Origin: Candidatus Sulfomarinibacteraceae bacterium
Lineage (GTDB): Bacteria > Acidobacteriota > Thermoanaerobaculia > Thermoanaerobaculales > Sulfomarinibacteraceae
Length of the DNA: 64,000 nt
Reading direction: 5' to 3'
NCBI GenBank assembly: GCA_963796455.1
Contig: CAWCLO010000001.1
Coordinates: forward strand, 167,372 to 231,371
In this document: positions 1-10,104 of the stretch, one piece after another
How positions within the stretch are numbered: position 1 is the stretch's first letter
How the letters are laid out: every line of letters starts with the position of its first letter
Translations under genes and position numbers: made by a program
The notes under the pieces: model-generated
Told to the model about the DNA's origin: nothing
The model's input: only the letters and a program-made list of their open reading frames with translations
Database searches by the model: none

Positions 1-1235
1 CGTCCATCAGATAGTAACCCCGGGGTGACCCGTCCCGCTGCAGGCTGATCGGCACGCCGCGCTCGTCCAGAGGCCCGCTCCACCAGCTCCCACAAACCGC
101 TGAAAGAGTATGGAGGTGAAGCGGGTCGGGGCCATCAAAACCTTCACCATTGCCAAAGTACTTGTGATCGGCAAGGTGCATATGACCCGCGAGGGCGAAG
201 AGATGTTCGCGTCCTTCGAGGGCTGCGAAAAAGTTCTCACGATCGGCCACATTGACCCTCGACCCCATCGGGAGCGATCTCCGAATACAACGGAATATGC
301 ATTGCCATGAACCATCGAGACGATCCGCCGGAACCCGCCGAGATCGTTGCCAACCATTGAATTGCCGGTCCCCGATCTCTCCGACATAGGGCCCCGAACC
401 AAGGGGTCCGGGTCATCGGAACCCAGCGAAGTGCCCTCGTATTTGACGGTGTCCAGCACGACGAAATGCACCTTGCCGTAGTCGAAGGAGTAGTAGGACG
501 GACCGAAGTGGCTGCGAAAAGTGTGCGAGCGAATCTTCATCGGTGGTGGAAGCAGGTTCATATCGTGGTTACCGGGCACGTGATACCACGGAACCCCGAT
601 CTTCGGCGATATTTCGGTGCTTGCCTGGCATACAGCGAGAGATCGTCGTAGGCGATGTCGCCGAGAGTGATCCCGAATGCGGCCTCGCTACCGACCAACT
701 CGGCGACCACGTCATCGCGGATGTACTCCACCTCGTCCTGTGTTTCTGGTTGGGTATCCGCAAACCAGATCGAGGTGAAGCGATCGGGCTCGGGTTGGTG
801 AGTCAGCGGAAAATCGACGGATTCGGGCAGTGGGCCTGAAGGCGGCAGACCACGATACCTCGGCCGACGGTCGGCGGGCGCTCCCTCGGGAACGTGATGG
901 TAGAAAAAGCGCGGGAGATTCTCGGCGTTCGATGACACGGCCCACCCACCCGGTTTGGTGATGAAGAGGGTGTCTCCCGATTCGATGGCGATGCGGTATC
1001 TTCCCGCAGCGTCGGTCTCGACGACATCGAGGCCATTGGATACCGCCACGCCAGCCACACCCGGCTCCGTATCCTGGTGCATTCCATCGCCGTTGCGATC
1101 GTCAAAAACCAAACCACCAACTGTCTCCGCCGCGGCGGCCGGCATCACATTGGGCAGGACTGCGGCCAGACCCAGAACCATCAAAAAACGCGGATTCACA
1201 ATCACCCTCCCTCGCACGGTCGGCGAAAAAATCAC
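1..1235 (-). pseudogene. Calcineurin-like metallophosphoesterase (N-terminal CNA-B-like domain, Metallophos core, MetallophosC-like tail). Disrupted by several frame changes and running off the window start.
   Basis: ORF 558..1235 gives a signal peptide and GDIAYDDLSLY. ORF 7..579 gives PGNHD and GPSYYSFDYGKVHFVVLD. My own retranslation shows the conserved blocks PYVGEIGDRQF, MAMHIPLYSEIAPDG, GHMHLADHKYF and VCGSWWSGPLDERGVPISLQRDGSPRGYYLMD lying in different frames between about 1 and 620. Confidence 0.7.
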
Positions 1236-1338
1236 CTCGCCGCCTGGGTGATTTCACCACAGTTTTCGGGCTTGCGCAGGAATCCGCCGCCACCCCGGCG
1301 AGGTGGTACTCTCGGCAGCACGTCATTTGGAGGGATTC

Positions 1339-3230
1339 ATGAAACGTCATCTGCTCTTGTTTGTCACGATCCTGGCGACCCTGCCCATGGTGGTGTCGGC
1401 CCAGAGGGCCGAACAATCCCGCTCCGAGTATGTGCGCGAAAATTTCACCAAATACGAACACCGCATCGAGATGCGGGATGGCACCCATCTCTTCACGGCG
1501 GTCTATGTGCCGAAGATCTGTGAGGAGCCGCGTCCGATCCTCCTCAAACGAACCCCGTATTCAGTGTCGCCCTATGGCGCGGATCAATATCCGAGATCGC
1601 TCGGCCCCTCCGAACACCTGATGAAAAAGGGGTTTATCTTTGCCAACCAGGATGTCCGGGGCCGCTACATGTCAGACGGAACCTGGATCGAGGTTCGTCC
1701 GATCGACCCCGACAAGGGCACCGGAGACACGGATGAAAGCACCGACACGTGGGATACCATCGAGTGGTTGGTGAACAACGTGCCGTGCAACAACGGCAGG
1801 GTCGGCATGTACGGCGTTTCTTATCCCGGTTTTTACGCATCCGCCGGAATGATCGACGCCCACCCCGCTCTCAAGGCGGTGTCGCCGCAGGCGCCGGTGA
1901 CCGATTATTTCCTCGGCGACGACTCGTTTCACAACGGCGCCTTCATGCTGGCCGCCAACTACCGCTTCTACTCCTTCTTCAAACCGCGTCCGGGCCCACC
2001 CGAAAAACCGCCCAAGGACCGCCCATCCGTCGATTTCGGCACCGAGGACGGTTACAAGTTCTTCTTGGAGTTGGGCCCGCTTTGGGAAGGCGCCGAAGCA
2101 AGCGGTCACAACGAGAACCCCCATTGGCGGATCAATCTCGAGCACACGACCTACGACGACTTCTGGCAGGCCCGATCTCTGTGGCGGCACTTCAAGAACA
2201 TCACACCGGCGGTGCTGACCGTCGGCGGTTGGTATGACGCCGAGGACCCCTTCGGTCCGCTGATCACCTACAAGACCATCAAGAAGGAAAGCGCCCAGAC
2301 AACCAACCATCTGGTCATGGGCCCCTGGACCCACGGCGGATGGGGCTGGGGCGAAGGCCGGAGCGTCGGCAACGTGGACTTCGGCCAGCCGACCGGGGAA
2401 TACTACCGGGAGAAGATCGAGCTTCCGTTTTTCGTCAATCATCTGACCGAGGAAGAAGCTCCGCAGCTGGCAGAGGCCGTCATCTTCGAAGCCGGCACCA
2501 ACCGCTGGCGGGAGTTCGACACCTGGCCGCCGGAGAACGTCGAGCCACGCACCATCTACCTCGCCGCGGACGGCACGCTGACTTCGCAAATGCCGACCGA
2601 AAACGAAGCTTTTGACGAGTACATCAGCGATCCCAACCGGCCGGTGCCCTATGTCGGCTACATCCAGATGGGCATGCAGCGCGACTACATGACCGAGGAC
2701 CAGCGCTTCGCCGCCCTGCGAACCGACGTTCTGGTCTATCAGACGCCCGTCCTCGACAGGGACCTCACGGTGCTCGGACCCATCACAGTGAATCTGCACG
2801 TCTCCACAACCGGCACGGACTCCGATTTCGTGGTCAAGGTGATCGACGTCTATCCCGATGACTACCCCACTCCGAAATGGGAGGGCGAGGGTCGCCCCCG
2901 GCCAATTACGTGAGGATGAGCGGTTATCAGCGACTCGTACGAGGCGAACCGTTCCGCGGTAAATACCGGAACAGCCTCTCGGAGCCCGAGCCATTCGAAC
3001 CTGGAAAGCCCGAAGTGATCTCCTTCGAGTTACCCGACGTGGCGCACACCTTCCGCAGCGGCCACCGGCTGATGGTCCAGATCCAGAGCTCGTGGTTCCC
3101 GCTCACGGACCGCAATCCGCAGACTTTCACGGACATCCCACACGCCAAGGAGGAGGAATTTCAGAAGGCCACGCAGAGGGTCTACCGGTCGGCCGACCGG
3201 CCATCGTCGATCACGGTCCTGGTGGATTGA
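1339..3230 (+). CDS. CocE/NonD family hydrolase (S15 X-Pro dipeptidyl-peptidase-like), secreted. Interrupted by one frameshift at a C5 run (2895-2899).
   Basis: ATG at 1339 follows GGAGGG. Signal peptide is MKRHLLLFVTILATLPMVVSAQ. GVSYPGFY is the nucleophile-elbow-like motif. ORF 2877..3230 carries the family C-terminal domain (MSGYQRLVRGEPFRGKYR, MVQIQSSWFPLTDRNPQTF). Adding one C to the run restores GRPPANYVRMSGYQ. Confidence 0.85.
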
Positions 3231-4267
3231 GGCCGGGATTCACCACCCTCCGCCCACGGTGACCGAGAAAAAAGGAACCCACCCAACACCCGGGAGCCAT
3301 TCTCGTTCATATGCACGGGATCGCCATAAACCTCGTCGATGGTGAGACCACGGTCGACAAGGTGAGTGCGGAAGTCGAAGGCTTCGATGCCGCGCCGCCG
3401 GAGAGTTTCCTCCCACCATTCCGCTTTTTCCGGTGGGCCGTAGATCTCGTCGCGGTGGGGAATCACGATCGCTGAAAACCGAACGCCGCGAGACACAGTC
3501 AGATCCCGCAGCCGCGCCACGACAGCGTCGGCCACCGCCTCGACCTCCTCATCATCCAGACACCGGTCGCCGATGGCGCGCGGTAGCCATCCGGACCCGG
3601 GCGCAAGGTCATGGATTTTCCAGATCCAAGGTCCAAGAGGGCTGGTTTCGAGGTGGTTGCGGGCGCAGTTGGGGGCAATCGGAACCGAGGTGAGGGAAAG
3701 GGAATTGCCGTTCATTTCAAAGAGCGGCTTTTTCTTACCCTCCGCGAAATTGCAGCGGCAGTTGCCGAGATCGTTGTCCGAGCACACGACAAAGATGACC
3801 CAGCGAAGATCCGGGAGACGATCGATCTCGTGTTGGAGTCGCAGCAGGGTCTGGTCGGGCCCGTAGCCGGCCACCCCGAGATTCTGCACCTGGACACCGA
3901 AGGGTGCGACCAGAGCGCCGAGTGCGGCGGAGGGCGTCCGGTCATTGGCCAGACCGATGCCGAAGACCACCGAATCGCCGATCATGGCGATGGTCGGCAC
4001 ATTCGGCCGGATTTCGGGGGAACGAAAGCCCGCCGTGTTGAAGCGGATGCCCCCGTGATCCGGCGTGAAATAGTCGGGTATGGGCGCCCACCCGAGCCCG
4101 CTGTCGAATTGAATCCCCGCCGCGCCGGGGTGTGGGCCCCAATTTTTGAGGCGGATCCAATGAACGCCCTCCACCAGGGCGATCACGAGAATCGCTGTCG
4201 CAAGACCGGATATCAGAGCCAGTACCCACAACCGCAACAGACGACGGAAGCTTCGATTCATCACCAC
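3182..4267 (-). CDS. Membrane-anchored SGNH/GDSL-type hydrolase
   Basis: N-terminal TM helix LWVLALISGLATAILVIALV. Block I motif is IAMIGDSVVFG. A later block is CSDNDLGN. Its 3' end overlaps the convergent upstream gene by about 49 nt. Confidence 0.6.
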   Translation of the reverse strand: MVMNRSFRRLLRLWVLALISGLATAILVIALVEGVHWIRLKNWGPHPGAAGIQFDSGLGWAPIPDYFTPDHGGIRFNTAGFRSPEIRPNVPTIAMIGDSVVFGIGLANDRTPSAALGALVAPFGVQVQNLGVAGYGPDQTLLRLQHEIDRLPDLRWVIFVVCSDNDLGNCRCNFAEGKKKPLFEMNGNSLSLTSVPIAPNCARNHLETSPLGPWIWKIHDLAPGSGWLPRAIGDRCLDDEEVEAVADAVVARLRDLTVSRGVRFSAIVIPHRDEIYGPPEKAEWWEETLRRRGIEAFDFRTHLVDRGLTIDEVYGDPVHMNENGSRVLGGFLFSRSPWAEGGESRPQSTRTVIDDGRSADR

Positions 4268-4292
4268 ACTGTCTCAATTATATAAAACGCGA

Positions 4293-5624
4293 CTACTCGG
4301 CCCGGAAGAGCTGCCACTGATCGCTGACACCCTTCAATTGGTGCGTGCCGTGATCGACAAAGGTCAGCCCCGACCCGGCGACAAGATCCTTGACGGTCCT
4401 CGACACCAACACCTGGCCGGCCTCCGCGAGACCGGCCACCCGAGCGCCGATATGGACGGCGATTCCCGCCAGCTTTTCACCGGACCGTTCACACTCGCCG
4501 GTGTGAATCCCGGCGCGGATTTCGATCCCGAGCGGGCGCAGGGAGTCTCGGATCGCCTTGGCGCATCGCACCCCCTTTGCGGGGCCCTCGAAGGACGCCA
4601 GAAATCCATCCCCGGCAGTATCGATCTCATGGCCCTGGAAGTGGGCCAGCTCGCGTCGAACCACGACATGGTGGCGCTCGAGCAACTCCCGCCACGCCGA
4701 GTCACCGAGTCGCTCCGCCTGGGCGGTGGCACCGACGATATCGGTGAAGAGGACCGTTGCCAGCACCCGTTCTGCTTCGGGTTGCACTCTGCTCCCGGTC
4801 AGGAATTCCTCCACCGGGCCCAGCATCGCCTCGATATCTCCCGAATGAAAGAAATGATCCTCACCGGGGAGCTCGACGTAGTGCGAACCCTCGATGTGGT
4901 CGGCCAGGTAGCGGCCGTTGCCAACCACCACATAGCGGTTGCCGGCGCGATGGAGCACCAGGGTCGGCACACGTATGGTGGGGAGCACCCACCGGAAGTC
5001 ACGGTTATAGGTCAGCGGATAAACTCGGTTGAATTGTCCCGGGCTCATGGCCAGTCTTTCAAAACGTCCCCGCCACTTGATGAATGCGGGATCTACCGCC
5101 AACGTCGGGGCACCGACCGTCGATGTTCCGCCGGTTCCCCACGCGCCCAGAATCCCCTCGATCAAATGCGGGACCACCGATTCCGGAACTCCACAGGGAT
5201 AGTCATCAGCCTGGATACGTCTGGCGTAGGCGTCGGCGAGGACGAGTGCCGTGACCCTGTCCGGATGGGTGGCAGCGAAGAGCATGGCCATGGAAGCACC
5301 ATCCCCATGCCCGAAAATCACCGCCTGCCGGCTGTCTGCCGCATCCATGACGGTGCCGACGTCATACATCCACTCTTCCCAGGTTGGAATCGCGCCCAAT
5401 GGCACAGGGTCGGAGAGACCGGTGCCGCGTTTGTCAAAGCAGATCACCCGTGCGAAACGAGCCAGACGCTCGATGAAAGCGGCCAGGCTCGGGTCCTCCC
5501 ACATGATGTCGAGGTTGCCGACCCAATCCGGCACGAAGACGAGATCCAATGGACCGTCACCGCAGATCTGGTAGGCCACCGACTCACCATCGGGGTTGGA
5601 CGCGTATCTGATTTCACTTCTCAT
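4293..5624 (-). CDS. Alpha/beta-hydrolase fused to a class III adenylate/guanylate cyclase catalytic domain
   Basis: The N-terminal half has an alpha/beta-fold (VIFGHGDGASMA nucleophile-elbow region). The C-terminal part has LFTDIVGAT, DTAGDGFLASF and IRAGIHTGE, typical of class III cyclases. Confidence 0.85.
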   Translation of the reverse strand: MRSEIRYASNPDGESVAYQICGDGPLDLVFVPDWVGNLDIMWEDPSLAAFIERLARFARVICFDKRGTGLSDPVPLGAIPTWEEWMYDVGTVMDAADSRQAVIFGHGDGASMAMLFAATHPDRVTALVLADAYARRIQADDYPCGVPESVVPHLIEGILGAWGTGGTSTVGAPTLAVDPAFIKWRGRFERLAMSPGQFNRVYPLTYNRDFRWVLPTIRVPTLVLHRAGNRYVVVGNGRYLADHIEGSHYVELPGEDHFFHSGDIEAMLGPVEEFLTGSRVQPEAERVLATVLFTDIVGATAQAERLGDSAWRELLERHHVVVRRELAHFQGHEIDTAGDGFLASFEGPAKGVRCAKAIRDSLRPLGIEIRAGIHTGECERSGEKLAGIAVHIGARVAGLAEAGQVLVSRTVKDLVAGSGLTFVDHGTHQLKGVSDQWQLFRAE

Positions 5625-5715
5625 GATGAGAAACGAGTATATATGGGCGGAGAGCCAGATCTGCCCCGCCTTGCCGTTGGCCGCGATATAGAGCCTGATA
5701 CCTTAAGCTGCAACG

Positions 5716-7512
5716 ATGTGTGGAGTTGCCGGCATTGCCGGAGAATTGGCGGAGTGTGGGCTCGTGAAGGAAATGAGCTCGCGGCTCGTGCATCGAGGCC
5801 CCGACGATTCCGGGATTTTCGAAGACGAGGGCGTCTGCCTTGGTCATCGCAGGTTGTCGATCCTCGACCTCTCGTCGGCAGGACACCAACCGATGACCCT
5901 CGGGCCGTACACCCTGGTCTACAACGGCGAGCTCTACAATTTTCACGATCTCCGAAAAACTCTCCCCGGCCCGTTCCATTCCAACAGCGACACTGAGGTC
6001 CTGCTCCATCTCTGGGCTCGTGACGGCAAGGCGTGTCTCGATCGACTGGTCGGCATGTTCGCTTTTGCGATCTGGGACCGCGACGCCCGCGAGCTGACGC
6101 TGGTTCGCGATCGTCTGGGCATCAAGCCGTTGCTCTATCGACAGGTGGAGGGATCCATCGCTTTCGCGTCGCAACTGAGAGCGCTGGTCGACCTCGACGG
6201 AAGATTCGATCACCCGTCAATCGATCCCACCTCGGTCAGGGACTTCTTTTCCTACAAGTACATTCCCACACCGAAGACCATCTACCGCGGCGTGTACAAG
6301 CTCCCACCCGCCCACCTGCTGAGCTATCGTCTCGACGACAAAAACCTCGTATTCGAGCGCTACTGGCAACCTGAAAGCCACCAAGACGTCGTTGACATCG
6401 ACCGGGCATCGCAGGAGTTCGAGCAACTTCTGACCGGCGTCGTGTCGCAACACACATTGTCGGACGCACCGGTGGGCGTCTTCCTGAGCGGCGGCCTCGA
6501 TTCGACCAGCCTGACCGCCAATCTGGCCAGCAACGGAGAGCTCGTCACACCCAGCACCTTCACTCTCGGATTCGATGTCGCCTCACACGACGAAGCGGAG
6601 GCCGCCCGTGAGATCGCGCGACACCTCGGGTGCCGTCATCACGAGGAGCGCGCAACAGGGTTCGAACTCGACTCCACGCTCGACCGATACCTCGATGTCT
6701 TCGACGAGCCCTTCGGCGACCACGGGGCGTGGCCGATGGTGATGGTCTCCGAACTCGCCCAACGGCAGGTCAAGGTGGCCCTCTCGGGAGAAGGTGGCGA
6801 CGAATTGTTTGCCGGCTACCAGTGGTATGACAAAGTGCCACGCTTCAGATCCAATTGGTGGCAGAAAACACTCGCCGGAACCCTCCCGCCATTGTGGGCC
6901 GCAAGCCGCTCCGCGCAGCGGCGAGCCGCTACGGGTCTCGATCGCTACGCCATGTTCATGGGCCCTTTCACCCCGGCTCAGAAACGGTTCATGATCGCAC
7001 CGGAACTGATGTCCGATGCTTACGACGACCTCTGGTACTTTCGCAAATACTGGAGGGAGGACCTGTCACCCATCAAGGCGATGCAGTGGGTGGATGTTCA
7101 CACCTATCTGCTCGACGATATGCTCACCAAAGTCGACCATGCCAGCATGTCGGTCTCCCTCGAGGCGCGCCCACCATTTGTCGATCATCGGATGGTCGAG
7201 TTCGCTCTTTCACTCCACCCCGATCTCCTGCGGCGCGGTGGCCTCGGCAAGATCCTCACCCGGCGATACCTCGAAGGAAAGGTCCCGAAAGACGTTCTGA
7301 ACCGTCGCAAGATCGGCTTCTCGATGCCCGCCCGAAGATGGGTTTTGCGAGAGCCTACCCGAATGAAGAGGACCTGCAACCGCCTTTTTCACGCCGGCGT
7401 GCTCGCGAGGAAGACACCTGGGACCATCCGCCGAATGCCCTTCAACAACGAACAAACCTGGAGTCTCATGGTGCTCGATCGCTGGCTGCAAAGGAATGGC
7501 GTGAGCCTTTAG
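5716..7512 (+). CDS. asnB: Asparagine synthase (glutamine-hydrolysing) family amidotransferase
   Basis: Starts MCGVAGI (Ntn Cys2). FLSGGLDS is the PP-loop. Length of 598 aa is typical. Confidence 0.9.
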   Translation: MCGVAGIAGELAECGLVKEMSSRLVHRGPDDSGIFEDEGVCLGHRRLSILDLSSAGHQPMTLGPYTLVYNGELYNFHDLRKTLPGPFHSNSDTEVLLHLWARDGKACLDRLVGMFAFAIWDRDARELTLVRDRLGIKPLLYRQVEGSIAFASQLRALVDLDGRFDHPSIDPTSVRDFFSYKYIPTPKTIYRGVYKLPPAHLLSYRLDDKNLVFERYWQPESHQDVVDIDRASQEFEQLLTGVVSQHTLSDAPVGVFLSGGLDSTSLTANLASNGELVTPSTFTLGFDVASHDEAEAAREIARHLGCRHHEERATGFELDSTLDRYLDVFDEPFGDHGAWPMVMVSELAQRQVKVALSGEGGDELFAGYQWYDKVPRFRSNWWQKTLAGTLPPLWAASRSAQRRAATGLDRYAMFMGPFTPAQKRFMIAPELMSDAYDDLWYFRKYWREDLSPIKAMQWVDVHTYLLDDMLTKVDHASMSVSLEARPPFVDHRMVEFALSLHPDLLRRGGLGKILTRRYLEGKVPKDVLNRRKIGFSMPARRWVLREPTRMKRTCNRLFHAGVLARKTPGTIRRMPFNNEQTWSLMVLDRWLQRNGVSL

Positions 7513-7544
7513 GTGACGGTAATCCCCTGCTTGAGGCATGGGGT

Positions 7545-8888
7545 TCAGAACGCGTGGCCTGCCATGACCCACAATCCGACGCCTTCAGCGGAGACGCCCA
7601 AATCGAGACGGATCACGATTCGCCGGAGGAGGGTCCGCATGCCGATTCCCACATCCCATTTCAGATCCCGGTGGAGCTCACTGAGCGACCAGGTGGGCGA
7701 GACCCGTCCCACCTCGGCGAAGGCCACGAGTTGCCACCAGTCGAATCGATAGCGGCCGATCTGATCCAATTTGTTCATCGGTGATCGCTTCGGGATGAAT
7801 CGAAACTCGGCGCTGGAGTAGATCGCCGCCTTGTCGTGGAAGCGGTGAATTCGATAACCCCTCATGCGATACAGACCGCCGAGGCGTGCTCCCTCGAAAT
7901 AGGGTGGGGCGCCGGAAACCGAGGGGGACCCCTCTCCGTCTTCGGTGGATTTCCAGGTCGGCGTATCGATCGCCCAGATCGTGAAGGCGAGCACCCGTTG
8001 CTTGGTTCGTTTTCCCGCGCCCAGTTTGATGAATTTCGAATACTCACCCTCGATGGTCGTCCATTTGTCCGAGTTGCCGTACCAACCGAAATCTCGGCGA
8101 ATGTTGACGATTTTACGGCTGCCTTGGGAGGGGTTGAGGAGGAAGTCGGTGTTGTCGTGCTCGAGAGTCAGCGAGAGACCGCTGGTCGTATAGGGCCGTT
8201 CCCCGTATTCACCATTCAGGGTCTGATCCCGAAGGAAGATATCGAGGCCGATGTAACTGCGGCCGCTTTTAAGGGGGCTCCAATTCCAGCCACCCGTGGC
8301 ACCGGATTCCAGGAGACCGTCTTCGACCACGAATGTATTGATGATCGGGTCGCGACCGCCACCCATTGGCAGCAGGTAACGGAAATCGAGGTAGGCGAAC
8401 CCGTCACGCGCCGGAGTCACGATGAAATTTTCTTTTGAGGAGTCGTTGTTGCCGGCCCTCTCGTCGACGTAGTCAGGATTCCCGGGGACGTAGGATCTGA
8501 GTCCGGAATATCTCACGTAGGCGATGGTGGTATCGAGGAACAGGCGCTTGATCGGTCGGATCTGCAGGTTGCTGGTCTTGCCGAAAACTCCGAAGGTGGC
8601 ATTCGTGCTCCCGAGAGCGGAGCCCGCCAGGCTGAGTTGAGGCTGCCCATGGCCGATGGACGCAAAACCGAGCCCGGCAGCAAGCTCGAATGTGTCGGTG
8701 TAGAACACGTAGGGTAGTGCGGCAAAGACCTTCGCGGGTTCTTTGTCGAGGTGACCCGCCTGTCGGACAATGCCCTGAGCGCCTGCTCGATGGACAAAGG
8801 AGAGCATCAGCAGGACGGCAGCAACCAGGATTCGACGATTGAGTGTCGGGCCACAGGCGGTGCCGGTACCGACGCGGCGATCCATCAT
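7545..8888 (-). CDS. Omp85/surface-antigen (D15) family outer-membrane beta-barrel protein
   Basis: Signal peptide LVAAVLLMLSFVHRAGAQ after Met at 8888. Beta-strand-rich sequence. C-terminus is KWDVGIGMRTLL...GLWVMAGHAF, ending in aromatic F. The start is uncertain. Confidence 0.6.
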   Translation of the reverse strand: MMDRRVGTGTACGPTLNRRILVAAVLLMLSFVHRAGAQGIVRQAGHLDKEPAKVFAALPYVFYTDTFELAAGLGFASIGHGQPQLSLAGSALGSTNATFGVFGKTSNLQIRPIKRLFLDTTIAYVRYSGLRSYVPGNPDYVDERAGNNDSSKENFIVTPARDGFAYLDFRYLLPMGGGRDPIINTFVVEDGLLESGATGGWNWSPLKSGRSYIGLDIFLRDQTLNGEYGERPYTTSGLSLTLEHDNTDFLLNPSQGSRKIVNIRRDFGWYGNSDKWTTIEGEYSKFIKLGAGKRTKQRVLAFTIWAIDTPTWKSTEDGEGSPSVSGAPPYFEGARLGGLYRMRGYRIHRFHDKAAIYSSAEFRFIPKRSPMNKLDQIGRYRFDWWQLVAFAEVGRVSPTWSLSELHRDLKWDVGIGMRTLLRRIVIRLDLGVSAEGVGLWVMAGHAF

Positions 8889-9091
8889 TTGATACGCACG
8901 CCTACCCACCGATCGGATCTCTGGACGAAACCGTCCGAAACACGGCACTCTCCCCCTCAATGGGCTCACCGATATCCATTGTCAAATCGAGACAATCTCA
9001 TCAACAATCGAGAATTGTGAAAACCCCCTCCGGTGACGATGATAACCCGGCAGGGAGCCGCTTCACTCGAAAATCAAAGTCACGAAGCGGA

Positions 9092-9919
9092 TCAGGCGAA
9101 ATCGATCAGCACAATCCGGTGGCGGCTGACAAACCCGGCCTTGGCAATGGCTTTCCGGCTGCCGATATTTTCCGCCTCGCAGGAACAGATCGGCTTGGCG
9201 TCCTGCTCGTAACAGAACTCCTTCGCTCGAGCGAGGATGTAATTCCCCACACCCTTGCGGCGGTGTTCCGCGGCCACGATCATGCCCAGGTCGGCATGGG
9301 GTTTTTGAGTCTGGCTGATCCTGCACTCGCTGGTCGCAATCAGATCTGCGCCATCGCGCAAAACGAAGATGCTGTGATCCCCCATCGTCGAACGGATATA
9401 GCCCTTGATGTCCTCGAAACCCGCTTCGATGCTCTCGGTGTCCATGGACCCACTGGCCGCACAATAGTGTTTGAAGACATCGGTGAAGTCATCCTCGGTG
9501 GCGAGATCAAAGGAGAGCTGCGCAAAGCCATCGAGTTCGGGCGACACCTTGTGATTGTCTTCGAACAAGAGCGTATGGACACGACAGCCCACCGCAATGT
9601 CCAAACAAAGGCTGAGGAAGAAGGGATCGTTGGTGCCTGCCAAAGCAACCGCAACGCCATGTTCGGCGACAACAAAGTCCAGGGCAGGCCTACCCATGGC
9701 GACAAAATCCCGGGTCAGGAAAAACGCCACCAGTTGCTTGTCGTTATTCAGACAATAGAACCCGGCCCGGTCACCATCGACTTGGAGCTCATAGTGATCG
9801 GAGAGTCCGATCAACGCACCTTCCCAATAGGCATCGAGTGGCGCCGAGAGGGTTTGCAGGTATTCGGTCTTCAGTTCAGCCAGTTCACCGGAATTTTTTC
9901 GCAAGATCCCATTCAACAT
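9092..9919 (-). CDS. GNAT family N-acetyltransferase
   Basis: The C-terminal acetyl-CoA binding region is IVAAEHRRKGVGNYILARAKEF followed by NIGSRKAIAKAGF. Confidence 0.75.
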   Translation of the reverse strand: MLNGILRKNSGELAELKTEYLQTLSAPLDAYWEGALIGLSDHYELQVDGDRAGFYCLNNDKQLVAFFLTRDFVAMGRPALDFVVAEHGVAVALAGTNDPFFLSLCLDIAVGCRVHTLLFEDNHKVSPELDGFAQLSFDLATEDDFTDVFKHYCAASGSMDTESIEAGFEDIKGYIRSTMGDHSIFVLRDGADLIATSECRISQTQKPHADLGMIVAAEHRRKGVGNYILARAKEFCYEQDAKPICSCEAENIGSRKAIAKAGFVSRHRIVLIDFA

Positions 9920-10104
9920 TCGAGCTCTCTTTCATTTGTTCCGCACGATCTCGTCATCGTGAGGCACATCGACTTCGATCCGACCGCACCGGGGTGATCC
10001 TTCCGACCACCTGTCCGGCAAAGGGTGTACCAGCGATCGTTATCGGTCAAGGCGGTTGTAGTAGAGTTTTCGGGCGCCGAAATGAGACGCTCTTGGAGGG
10101 GACA

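Noticed and set aside
1672-2994. 440-aa ORF on the minus strand
   Set aside because: It is antisense to the clearly conserved CocE/NonD gene. The sequence is Arg/Gly/Val-rich with no motifs, so it is a typical shadow ORF of high-GC DNA.
4338-5996. 552-aa ORF on the plus strand
   Set aside because: It is antisense to the hydrolase-cyclase gene and overlaps the asnB start. Its composition is low-complexity Arg/Gly/Pro and it has no family signal.
8843-9997. 384-aa plus-strand ORF
   Set aside because: It is antisense to the GNAT gene and overlaps the Omp85 start region. It has no recognisable features.
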